The notes under the pieces: model-generated | What the model saw: only the letters and a program-made list of their open reading frames with translations | Told to the model about the DNA's origin: nothing | Database searches by the model: none | Program-made: the position numbers and the translations under genes | NCBI GenBank assembly: GCA_039811685.1 | Contig: JBDHZC010000004.1 | Location: forward strand, 267,104 to 331,103 | Source of the DNA: Armatimonadota bacterium | GTDB taxonomy: Bacteria > Armatimonadota > UBA5829 > DSUL01 | Length of the DNA: 64,000 nucleotides | Reading direction: 5' to 3' | Shown here: positions 18,446 through 26,609 of the stretch, piece after piece | How positions within the stretch are numbered: position 1 is the stretch's first letter | Layout of the letters: the number at the start of each line of letters is the position of its first letter

Positions 18446-21400
18446 ATGAGCGCCGCGTCAGCCACAGTTCTCAGAAGTCATTTTGGCTTCGGCAAATTCC
18501 GGCCGGGACAGGAAGAGGCTATCGAAAATCTCACGTCCGGCAAGCATACGCTCGTGGTTATGCCCACTGGGGCGGGGAAATCACTCGTCTACCAGCTCGC
18601 CGCCCTTCAGCTTGGTGGGCTTACCCTTGTCCTTTCTCCGCTTATCTCGCTGATGAGGGATCAAGTGGATGCTCTCACGCGAAGGCGGATCCCGGCGACG
18701 TTCATCAACAGCTCACTTTCGCAGGCGGAGCAGTCTCGTCGCCTTGCTGATACGGTGGCAGGCCGCTACAGACTCGTGTATGTAGCTCCAGAGCGTTTGC
18801 TCAGTGTCGCGTTTCAGCAGGCTCTATCGAACCTTCATCTGAATTTGCTGGCGGTGGACGAAGCGCACTGTGTCTCAGAGTGGGGACACGATTTTCGCCC
18901 TGATTATCTGCGCATCGCTGAAGTGCGACGTAAGCTGGGGTCTCCAGTCACGGCTGCGTTGACTGCGACGGCGACTGTGCGCGTCCAGGATGAGATCATA
19001 CGTCTCTTAGAGCTGAGTAGTGCCGAGGGAGTTATCACGGGATTCAACCGTCCGAACTTGAGCTTCGAAGTGCGCTATGCTGGGGATAGCCGGTCCAAAC
19101 TTCTCCTCTTGCGCAGGCTGTTGTCCGAAGAAAGCGGTATCCCGGCCATCGTTTATTGCGGAACGCGGCGGGATAGCGAGGAGGTCGCGGCCTTTGTGTC
19201 CGAGGCGCTGGGGATTGAGGCGCTAGCTTATCACGCAGGTCTCGAAGATGGGTCTCGCGATCGTGTGCAGGCGGCGTTTATGAACGGCGATGTGCCGGTC
19301 GTCGCCGCAACTTGCGCGTTTGGAATGGGCATCGACCGGCAGGATGTGCGGCTGGTTGTGCATTTTTCGCTCCCTGGAACCCTCGAAGCTTACTATCAGG
19401 AGGCCGGGCGCGCTGGACGCGACGGTGATCCTGCACGAGCTGTGCTTCTCTACGCTCCTCAGGACAGATCACTGCAGGAGTTTTTCATAGAGAGTGATGC
19501 GTTTGATGAAGACGACCTTTCCCATGTCTATCAGGCGCTGACGACCTGCGTCAAGGACGAGACGTGGGTGGATCCGGATAATCTCTCGCGTGCGACCGGG
19601 TTTGGGGAGACCCGGCAGCGGTTGGCGCTTGCCGGACTGGAGAAGGCCGGAATGCTTCAAAGGCTTGGGGATGAGGGCAGAGCGATGCTTGTTTCGCTCG
19701 GTGGCTGGCATCCTGAGGAGGCAAAACGCGCTGTTGCGGCCGCTCGTCAGCGTCAGGATTTCCGCTTGCGGCAGCTTGATCTGATGGTAGGCTATGGCGA
19801 AACAGATAAGTGCCGCAGACGGATCATCCTCGATCATTTTGGCGATAGTAGTCTGGGTGTCGCCGACGATTGCTGTGACAACTGCCGGTCGCTCGCCGTA
19901 GCTCGCGTTGTAAAGGACACGCCTCGTGAGTTCAGTACGCTGCCGCAGAACGAGAAGACAGCGCTGGTGATTCTCGATGCCCTGCGCCGCCTGAATTGGA
20001 GCGTAGGGCGCACAAAGCTTGGAGATTTGCTCGTAGGCAGCAAGAGCAGGGCAATGCGGGAGTGCGGCTACGATCACAGCCCCTACTACGGGCGTCTCGC
20101 GCGCTTTAAGCGCGAGGACGTGATGGACATGCTGCAACAGCTTGTGGAAATGCGATACCTTCAGGCGTCCAGCGACAGATTTCGTCCCGTGCTGAAGCTC
20201 ACAGATCTGGGTGAAGAGGCAATTCGGCTTCGAGCTTCAATCCCGCTGCGTCTGCCTCGTTCTGCGAGTGTGCCTCCAGCGCGCTACGGAAAAAAAGCGC
20301 AGCACAGCGTGAGTTCTGCTGCATTAACTTATCAGATGTTCTCAGAGAACATGGTCCCCGAGGCTATTGCGGCGGAACGCAACCTTTCGATTAGTACGGT
20401 TTACGCACATCTTGCGTTGTTCATCGCACAAGGAGGGCTGCAGATCGAGAGCGTCGTATCACCGGACCGCGTCGCCGCGATTCGCGTTGCAATAGAGCAG
20501 ATAGGTAACGCCGAGGCTCTTTCACCAGTGAAAGAGTTGTTACCTGATGAGGTAACGTACCATGAAATACGCTGCGTTGCAGAAGACTGGAAGAGAGAAC
20601 ACTCTGCAGGTGCGGATGCCAGTAACATTCGCAAAGCCATACTGGAGTGTGTCAGAGCGCATCCTGGTGAATTGCCGCGCAGTCGCATCGCGGATCTGTT
20701 GACGGGCTCCCACGTCGACCGGCTGGGCGAGTGGCGTCGTGGGCCGTTTTTCAAGAACCTGTCAGGTGACAAGTCTGGCACGGTCCTGCGGGCAATAGAC
20801 GATTTGATCGAGGACGGGCAGATCAAGCTCGATGATCGGCGCAAGGTCTGGCCCGCTTGGGACACAGCTTATCAAGGCGCGCGCGAGGACGATCTAGTCG
20901 GACGCTTTCTGTCGCGCTCCCATCCGCAGAAGCTGTCCGGACCATGGGAGTGTGGCTGGGCGCTCGGGTTCTACAGCAGCTTTTCGGGGAATGAGTGGTC
21001 GCGCAGCCGGGTCGGGGATCTTGTGCACCGACTAAAATATGAAGGTGAAACCGAAGCTCTCCTTCCGCTGGTTAGCGAAGCCCTGGCCCTGATCGAAGCG
21101 CACCCGGAGTTCTCTCGGGTTGATGGTGTTGTGGCCGCGCCTCCCACCGTTGTTCGAGAATTCGACCACGTTGCTGCGTTCGCCAGATTGCTGGCGGATA
21201 GACTCCGGTTGCCTGTCTTGGCAGCAATAGAGAAAACGCGTCACACCCGGCCCCAAAAAGACTTTCGCACTCTGGCTGAGAAGAAGCATAATGTCGCAGG
21301 AGCCTATCAGAGTAGAGAGTGCGTTCGTGGGCGGCGTTTGCTTCTTGTAGACGATCTTTTCGATTCTGGCATGAGTTTGGAGGAGATGACGCAGACCTTA

Positions 21401-21466
21401 CTGAGAGCCGGCGCAAAAGGTGTGGTTGTGCTGACAATGACAAGAACTATACATTCGGATGACTAA
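18446..21466 (+). CDS. recQ: RecQ-family DNA helicase fused to a C-terminal ComF-type phosphoribosyltransferase-like domain
   Basis: RecQ core: Walker A MPTGAGKSL, DEAH box DEAHCVSEWGHDFRPDY and zinc-binding cysteines CRRRIILDHFGD...CCDNC. Next come an HTH-like segment (ERNLSISTVYAHL) and a winged-helix-like segment. The last ~175 aa match ComF/PRTase features: LVHRLKYEGE, VDGVVAAPPT, RPQKDF...KKHNVAGAY and RRLLLVDDLFDSGMSLEE. I chose ATG at 18446; the track start 18362 is probably an over-extension. Confidence 0.85.
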   Translation: MSAASATVLRSHFGFGKFRPGQEEAIENLTSGKHTLVVMPTGAGKSLVYQLAALQLGGLTLVLSPLISLMRDQVDALTRRRIPATFINSSLSQAEQSRRLADTVAGRYRLVYVAPERLLSVAFQQALSNLHLNLLAVDEAHCVSEWGHDFRPDYLRIAEVRRKLGSPVTAALTATATVRVQDEIIRLLELSSAEGVITGFNRPNLSFEVRYAGDSRSKLLLLRRLLSEESGIPAIVYCGTRRDSEEVAAFVSEALGIEALAYHAGLEDGSRDRVQAAFMNGDVPVVAATCAFGMGIDRQDVRLVVHFSLPGTLEAYYQEAGRAGRDGDPARAVLLYAPQDRSLQEFFIESDAFDEDDLSHVYQALTTCVKDETWVDPDNLSRATGFGETRQRLALAGLEKAGMLQRLGDEGRAMLVSLGGWHPEEAKRAVAAARQRQDFRLRQLDLMVGYGETDKCRRRIILDHFGDSSLGVADDCCDNCRSLAVARVVKDTPREFSTLPQNEKTALVILDALRRLNWSVGRTKLGDLLVGSKSRAMRECGYDHSPYYGRLARFKREDVMDMLQQLVEMRYLQASSDRFRPVLKLTDLGEEAIRLRASIPLRLPRSASVPPARYGKKAQHSVSSAALTYQMFSENMVPEAIAAERNLSISTVYAHLALFIAQGGLQIESVVSPDRVAAIRVAIEQIGNAEALSPVKELLPDEVTYHEIRCVAEDWKREHSAGADASNIRKAILECVRAHPGELPRSRIADLLTGSHVDRLGEWRRGPFFKNLSGDKSGTVLRAIDDLIEDGQIKLDDRRKVWPAWDTAYQGAREDDLVGRFLSRSHPQKLSGPWECGWALGFYSSFSGNEWSRSRVGDLVHRLKYEGETEALLPLVSEALALIEAHPEFSRVDGVVAAPPTVVREFDHVAAFARLLADRLRLPVLAAIEKTRHTRPQKDFRTLAEKKHNVAGAYQSRECVRGRRLLLVDDLFDSGMSLEEMTQTLLRAGAKGVVVLTMTRTIHSDD

Positions 21467-21472
21467 CCAAAC

Positions 21473-22441
21473 GTGAGCAGGCTTCACTGGTTTGCGCTCA
21501 GTTTGACTCCGGGAATCGGCGGGTCCACTGCACGGCGTCTCGTTGAAAAGTTCGGTAGCGCAGAAGATGTCTTCGCTGCTTCAGATGGTGAGCTCCGAGA
21601 AGTTCCGCGTGTCACGGAAGCTATCGTCGCGGCTCTTCGGGCATTGAATCTGGACGATCTCGAGCGTCAGATGGACGCGCTTGCAGATAACAACGTGAGT
21701 CTTCTAACCCTCGATGAGGCTGACGAGCGCTATCCGCCAAACCTTCGCGCGTGCGCCGATGCACCCGGCATCCTTTACTGCGCTGGCGATCTGCTGGAGT
21801 CCGACAGCGTCGCGGTAGCTGTTGTTGGAACGCGCGAACCGTCGGCGCAGTCTGAGCGAACAGCGTTTGAGCTGGCGAGCGAACTCGCCGAGCGCGGAGT
21901 TACGGTTGTCAGCGGGCTTGCGCGGGGGATCGATACGGCAGCACACCGCGGAGCGATGTCAGCGGACTCCGGCCGTACGATTGGTGTCATCGGTTCCGGA
22001 CTCAAACGCATTCACCCACGAGAGAACGCGAGCTTTGCCAGGGAGATGGCCGAGCGTGGCGCCGTGCTTTCGGAACTCGCGCCAGATATTCCACCGCAAG
22101 GGATGCATCTGATGGCGCGAGACAGGATTATCAGCGGTCTCTCCCGTGCAGTCGTTGTTGTCGAGGCGGTGGAAGGCAGCGGTAGTCTGGATACGGCAGC
22201 CAGAGCAAAGAAACAGGGTAGACCGGTCTACGCCGTGCCGGGCAGTGCTGGTTGCGATGCCTTGCTAAGGCGCGGCTCTGCGGAGATTTGTGAACCCAAG
22301 CCTGATTTCCTCGACAAACTCACTGAAGTGGCCGCCACTCCTCCTGCTGAAAAGGACGATGCAGAGTCTGGTCCAAATGGACAACTCACAGCGTCTGCTT
22401 CAGAGGACGTGCCGTCGCAACTCAAATTGTTCGATAACTGA
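21473..22441 (+). CDS. dprA: DNA-processing protein DprA (Smf)
   Basis: It has an N-terminal HhH/SAM-like region (LSLTPGIGGSTARRLVEKFGSAEDVF). The Rossmann core carries GLARGIDTAAHRGA and ARDRIISGLS. The GTG start is 6 nt after the recQ-comF stop. Confidence 0.9.
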   Translation: MSRLHWFALSLTPGIGGSTARRLVEKFGSAEDVFAASDGELREVPRVTEAIVAALRALNLDDLERQMDALADNNVSLLTLDEADERYPPNLRACADAPGILYCAGDLLESDSVAVAVVGTREPSAQSERTAFELASELAERGVTVVSGLARGIDTAAHRGAMSADSGRTIGVIGSGLKRIHPRENASFAREMAERGAVLSELAPDIPPQGMHLMARDRIISGLSRAVVVVEAVEGSGSLDTAARAKKQGRPVYAVPGSAGCDALLRRGSAEICEPKPDFLDKLTEVAATPPAEKDDAESGPNGQLTASASEDVPSQLKLFDN

Positions 22442-22922
22442 CGCTTCTTGAGTAGTACGGCTCCAGTCTCCAAAGATTGGAGGCTGATCAACGCAAGAGA
22501 GAGCTACGTCATTTGACGAATATCTGGAGTTTTGGAGCGATTTTCCGCATAAGGACGGAGCTTTCCCTGCGGCGCAACCGATGCTTCGAGGTGTCAGTTT
22601 CTCGACACATGCCCAGGGCGGCCACGCGGGCTCTATCCGTACACGATGTTGTCGCCCACTGAGTTCAGATGTTGATCAGGTACGCACACGCCTGCCGCGA
22701 TTTGCGCTGGCAGAAATCTCGAACCTTTTTCGTTCAATGCATGTTGCGTCCGGTGCCCAATCTCTGCTACACTTATCCCCGTTGAAGCGCACCGCGTTCT
22801 CCCTGGGATTATTCTGCTGACGACAGAGAGCGCCGATGTTTCACGGGCTCACGCCCCGAGCCTGGCTGCCCCCGAACGTTTACAAGAGTTCTGCTGCCGA
22901 GTCCTCGATTGAGGGACAATTT

Positions 22923-25900
22923 ATGCGTGTCCGCGCCGGGAACAACAGAATCCTGGGTGCGCTATTTGCGCGCGTTCTCAAACACATAGCAATCTCGTCG
23001 GTGCTTCTGTCGCTCGGTGTCAGCACTCACGGTAGCGCACTTGATGCGGATGCACACACCAGACTGACAGACGGAGTCAGGGCTTCGTCCAGCATAGTGG
23101 ACCCTGCCTGGTTGACGCTCTTTGCAGATTCGTCTCAACTTCCGCGCACTCAGAACGCACTCGGTGAGTTTGCCTTCTGGGGGCTGAACGCTCCGCACGG
23201 GTTTTCTCCGAGTCTCACTCCGGACCAGTTCGACATGGTCAAGAATGCCAACATTCGCGGTGTTCGCTACGATATCCTCTGGGGTGGTATCCAGCAGAAC
23301 GGGCCTGACAGCTACGACTGGAACTGGAACGGTCTGCAAGACGACATCAACACCTACGTTCAGAACGGATTCACAGTAGAGTGTTTGCTGGGCTTCTTCC
23401 CAGCGTGGGCCAATGGAATGCGGGATCGCAGCGTTCCTTCGAATACTGCCGTCGAGCAACAACTGGTGAACTTCTCATCGTCGGACACTGTCTCTCTGGG
23501 TCATGAGAACATCTTTCTCACAGAGCCGGATGAGATGCCTGTCGTAGTGACCCCAGACCCTCCACAAACCACTCGCTATTCAAATGAAGTTGTCACCACG
23601 TCCTTTCAGCAGGGGCGGGCTGTGCGCGCGAGCCACTATCCGGTCATCGTCGGCACGGAGAAGGTGGAGGTGGACGAGAACGACGGGCAGGGTTATCGCA
23701 CGTGGACGAGGGTTGACAACCTCATCAACTCACCCGATGGCGCTGAGCATTACCAGTTTGACCGTTCCGGCCGTGTGAAGTTCCGCAACAACTCGCTGTT
23801 CTGGAATCACGGAAAGACACCTGCAGATGGGTCGAAAATCCGCATCAGCTACGACGCTCAGACAAAGATCTACGAGATGGGAGTTGACTACAACTTCGAC
23901 AATATGAGCGGGGAGATAACGCGGCTGCCCGGAGAGGTTACTGGTTTCCTTCCTGAGGAAAACTTCTCTACGGTTCCACTTGACTCACGCTGGCAGTGGA
24001 TGAATCCTCCGATGTCTTTCAGCGTCAATGCCGCGGGCTCAGGCGTGCTGCACTACCCTGTGAATGCACCGATGAATGAGGTTGGCCATTTCCTCTATCA
24101 GACCATAGCCGGCTCAGGCGATTTTACAATCTCAGTCCGCGCAAAACAGTTTTCCGCCTCCTCAACCTCGCAAACCGGCGTGCTCATCTATCAGGACGCC
24201 GGCAACTGGTTCCGCTATTCTGTCACTTCGGATCAGGGGCGGCCGTATCTGACGAGGTGTGTGAACGGCACGGTCACGGTCTATGGCTACAGTGGCGAGC
24301 TGGGCTGGATGTGCACGGCGCCGCGCTGGGTCACCGTCCGCAAACACGGCAACACCTTCACGGTGTTCAATTCCGTCAGCAGCCTGTCCGGCCCCGACGG
24401 CGGCTATTCGAATCTCTACACTTTCACTCAGAATCTGAACTTTCCGCTGAAAGCGGGGATTTCAAGCTCAGGTGTGGACCCAGTCGGCGTGGATATCGAT
24501 CAGGTTCTGATCAAGACGCCGTCAATACCTGTGGGCGGCAGCGTCCGAATCAGCTACAACGCGCTCAACACCGAGCCGTTCACCACGTTTGTGCGCGCGT
24601 TTGTGACGCAGTTTAAGGACCGCGTCAAGTACTACGAAATCAACAACGAACCAGATCAGTCCTGGTGCTGGCGCGGAGGCATGGAGCTTTATGCTGTCTG
24701 GCTTCGCGAGACCGCCAAAGCTGTGCGCGAAACAGATCCGTCCGCCAAGGTAATCTGCGGTGGTTTCGCCAACGGCGCGTCCTCAAATCTGGAGCATCTG
24801 TACGCGTCAATCGGCAAAAACTGGTTTGACTATGCGGCGTGGCACCCCTATCTGTTCTCCAATGTATCGCCGGATGCGGCCAACTGGGCGCTCAATGAAT
24901 CCAACGGAGTGGGGCGGGCTGTTATGACGGACAACGGTGATGCCAGTAAAGAGGTATTCCTCGGAGAGATGGCTACCGCCAGTGGTGTACTGACTTCGGG
25001 CGGAGGCATGGGAGACGCCAGGCAGGCTGAGTACGGAACGCGGCTCCTTATGTGGGCCAGACGCGTGGGATGGGCCAAAGCCGTGCAATGGTGGCCCGCC
25101 ATCGATCTGTACCCAGTTGGCGTAGCAGAAGACAATCAGTGGGGCGGGCACGAAGGCCTCTTCTATTCCAGCGGGGCGCCCAAACCAGTGTTCTGGTCCA
25201 TGAAGAATCTCGCCTCAAATCGAGGTGTGCTTATGGATCTGGGGTCTTATGATGCAAATAACAACTTGACTCCGGCGTCCGGGCACTATACGGTTAACAA
25301 GGTCGTACTGGGAGTTCAAGATCGGTCGGCGGTTGCATCAGTCAATGTTCTCACATCACTCACCAACACCGATGACAGCAGCAAGCCTGCAGTCGTCGCG
25401 GCGGCGTTTTCCGGACAATCTGGCGGTCAAGCGTTTACTGTAAATGTTAATACCACGTCCTCCGGGCTGAAAACCGAAACCTGGACACTCTCTCGCCTGT
25501 CCACGCGATCCTTTGGTGTCAGCGGCTCAGCGTCCGGCCCACAAGGCACAGCCGTTGTCGGTCAGCCTTTCACTTCATACAACGGTGTTGTGAGTTTCAC
25601 TCTGCCGTCTGTTCCCAATGGCTATGCGTCTGGAGACTCCTTTGTTTTCAGAACATTTCGAGGTGACGGCTTCAAGACTGCGGCAAGTTGGACCAATGGC
25701 TCGGGCACGACAAATCTGAACGACCTGCTGCCTCCATCGGAAGGGTCTGGACCACAGCTTTCATCGGTTCTGAGCGGCCCTGGTGACATTGTGATCGATC
25801 TTCCGGCGCCTGCCGATGCGCGCTACGTCTCTATTCAGGTATCTAAAGTGCCAGAAGCTGCATCCTTCTCGCTGGATGAGGTTCAGGTGATAGACACGCA

Positions 25901-26474
25901 AGGCGCCAATGTTGCTCTTGGAAAACTCTACGTCGTGGACGGATATCAGGATGTCTTTCAGTCCGGGGTGTTGGATGGTGAACGTGTTGGAGCTGCCAAG
26001 GCACTGCCTGACGGCACTCCGGTCACTCTTGACGATTGCGTGCTCTACTACAAGCAGGGGACCCTGGCGTATGTCTCGGACGTCGGCCGTGCGGCAGGAA
26101 TTCGCCTCGAAGGCGTAATAGACGCACCGGAAGGTTCGATTATCACCGCTAACGGCGTGCTTGGAACAACATCCGGTGGCGAGCGTTTCGTCCAGCTCTC
26201 AAGCGCTTTCAAGACTGGGTCAACCACTCTGCAGCCCTTGTTCGCTCAAAATCATGCGCTGAAGATGCCTCTTATGGATGGGCTCTTCGTCTGTGCCTTT
26301 GGAAGAGTGGTGGCCGGCTCCGTGACTCCAAACTCCTACGTTCTCTCGGACGGCTCGGGATCTGCCGGTGTGAGAGTTGTCACTCCGGGGACTCCTTCGG
26401 TTTCGGAGGGCGATCTGGTAAAAGTCACAGGCGCGGCGGGCTATGACTCCGGACGGGTCATCTACACCCATTGA
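22923..26474 (+). CDS. Secreted multidomain glycoside-hydrolase-like protein (clan GH-A-like TIM barrel split by a large insertion)
   Basis: A GAGGGA SD lies 6 nt before ATG 22923, and there is a hydrophobic signal-like N-terminus. The N-terminal barrel part is GVRYDILWGGIQ...LLGFFPAWANG. After ~377 aa the barrel resumes with KYYEINNEPDQ (acid/base-like) and VFLGEMATAS (nucleophile-like). The insertion contains a ConA/LamG-like segment. The protein also has a discoidin-like segment (ARYVSIQVSK...LDEVQVID) and the shared C-terminal module. Confidence 0.75.
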   Translation: MRVRAGNNRILGALFARVLKHIAISSVLLSLGVSTHGSALDADAHTRLTDGVRASSSIVDPAWLTLFADSSQLPRTQNALGEFAFWGLNAPHGFSPSLTPDQFDMVKNANIRGVRYDILWGGIQQNGPDSYDWNWNGLQDDINTYVQNGFTVECLLGFFPAWANGMRDRSVPSNTAVEQQLVNFSSSDTVSLGHENIFLTEPDEMPVVVTPDPPQTTRYSNEVVTTSFQQGRAVRASHYPVIVGTEKVEVDENDGQGYRTWTRVDNLINSPDGAEHYQFDRSGRVKFRNNSLFWNHGKTPADGSKIRISYDAQTKIYEMGVDYNFDNMSGEITRLPGEVTGFLPEENFSTVPLDSRWQWMNPPMSFSVNAAGSGVLHYPVNAPMNEVGHFLYQTIAGSGDFTISVRAKQFSASSTSQTGVLIYQDAGNWFRYSVTSDQGRPYLTRCVNGTVTVYGYSGELGWMCTAPRWVTVRKHGNTFTVFNSVSSLSGPDGGYSNLYTFTQNLNFPLKAGISSSGVDPVGVDIDQVLIKTPSIPVGGSVRISYNALNTEPFTTFVRAFVTQFKDRVKYYEINNEPDQSWCWRGGMELYAVWLRETAKAVRETDPSAKVICGGFANGASSNLEHLYASIGKNWFDYAAWHPYLFSNVSPDAANWALNESNGVGRAVMTDNGDASKEVFLGEMATASGVLTSGGGMGDARQAEYGTRLLMWARRVGWAKAVQWWPAIDLYPVGVAEDNQWGGHEGLFYSSGAPKPVFWSMKNLASNRGVLMDLGSYDANNNLTPASGHYTVNKVVLGVQDRSAVASVNVLTSLTNTDDSSKPAVVAAAFSGQSGGQAFTVNVNTTSSGLKTETWTLSRLSTRSFGVSGSASGPQGTAVVGQPFTSYNGVVSFTLPSVPNGYASGDSFVFRTFRGDGFKTAASWTNGSGTTNLNDLLPPSEGSGPQLSSVLSGPGDIVIDLPAPADARYVSIQVSKVPEAASFSLDEVQVIDTQGANVALGKLYVVDGYQDVFQSGVLDGERVGAAKALPDGTPVTLDDCVLYYKQGTLAYVSDVGRAAGIRLEGVIDAPEGSIITANGVLGTTSGGERFVQLSSAFKTGSTTLQPLFAQNHALKMPLMDGLFVCAFGRVVAGSVTPNSYVLSDGSGSAGVRVVTPGTPSVSEGDLVKVTGAAGYDSGRVIYTH

Positions 26475-26551
26475 GCCGCGTTTCGTCCGCCTCTGTCCCG
26501 CACGCCGCCGTAACATAAGCTCACGGTCAGGCGCACTGGTCGCAGCAAGAA

Positions 26552-26585
26552 AAGACAGCCTCTGACGAAAGCCGGAGGCTGTCTT
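26552..26585 (-). terminator. Terminator hairpin between convergent genes
   Basis: AAGACAGCCTC-N12-GAGGCTGTCTT forms a perfect 11-bp stem. On the minus strand it is followed by TTTCTTGC. It may also stop the plus-strand gene, but there is no U-tract on that side. Confidence 0.65.
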
Positions 26586-26609
26586 AGAATCCCCATGAAG
26601 AAGTGTCCT

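Noticed and set aside
3895-22441. The idea that LOG, DprA (both SLOG-fold) and the helicase-PRTase fusion form a nucleotide-centred conflict/defence system.
   Set aside because: The LOG gene lies 14 kb away among housekeeping genes. DprA has its standard competence-type architecture. No effector, toxin or mobile-element context is visible, so a DNA-processing role is the simpler reading.
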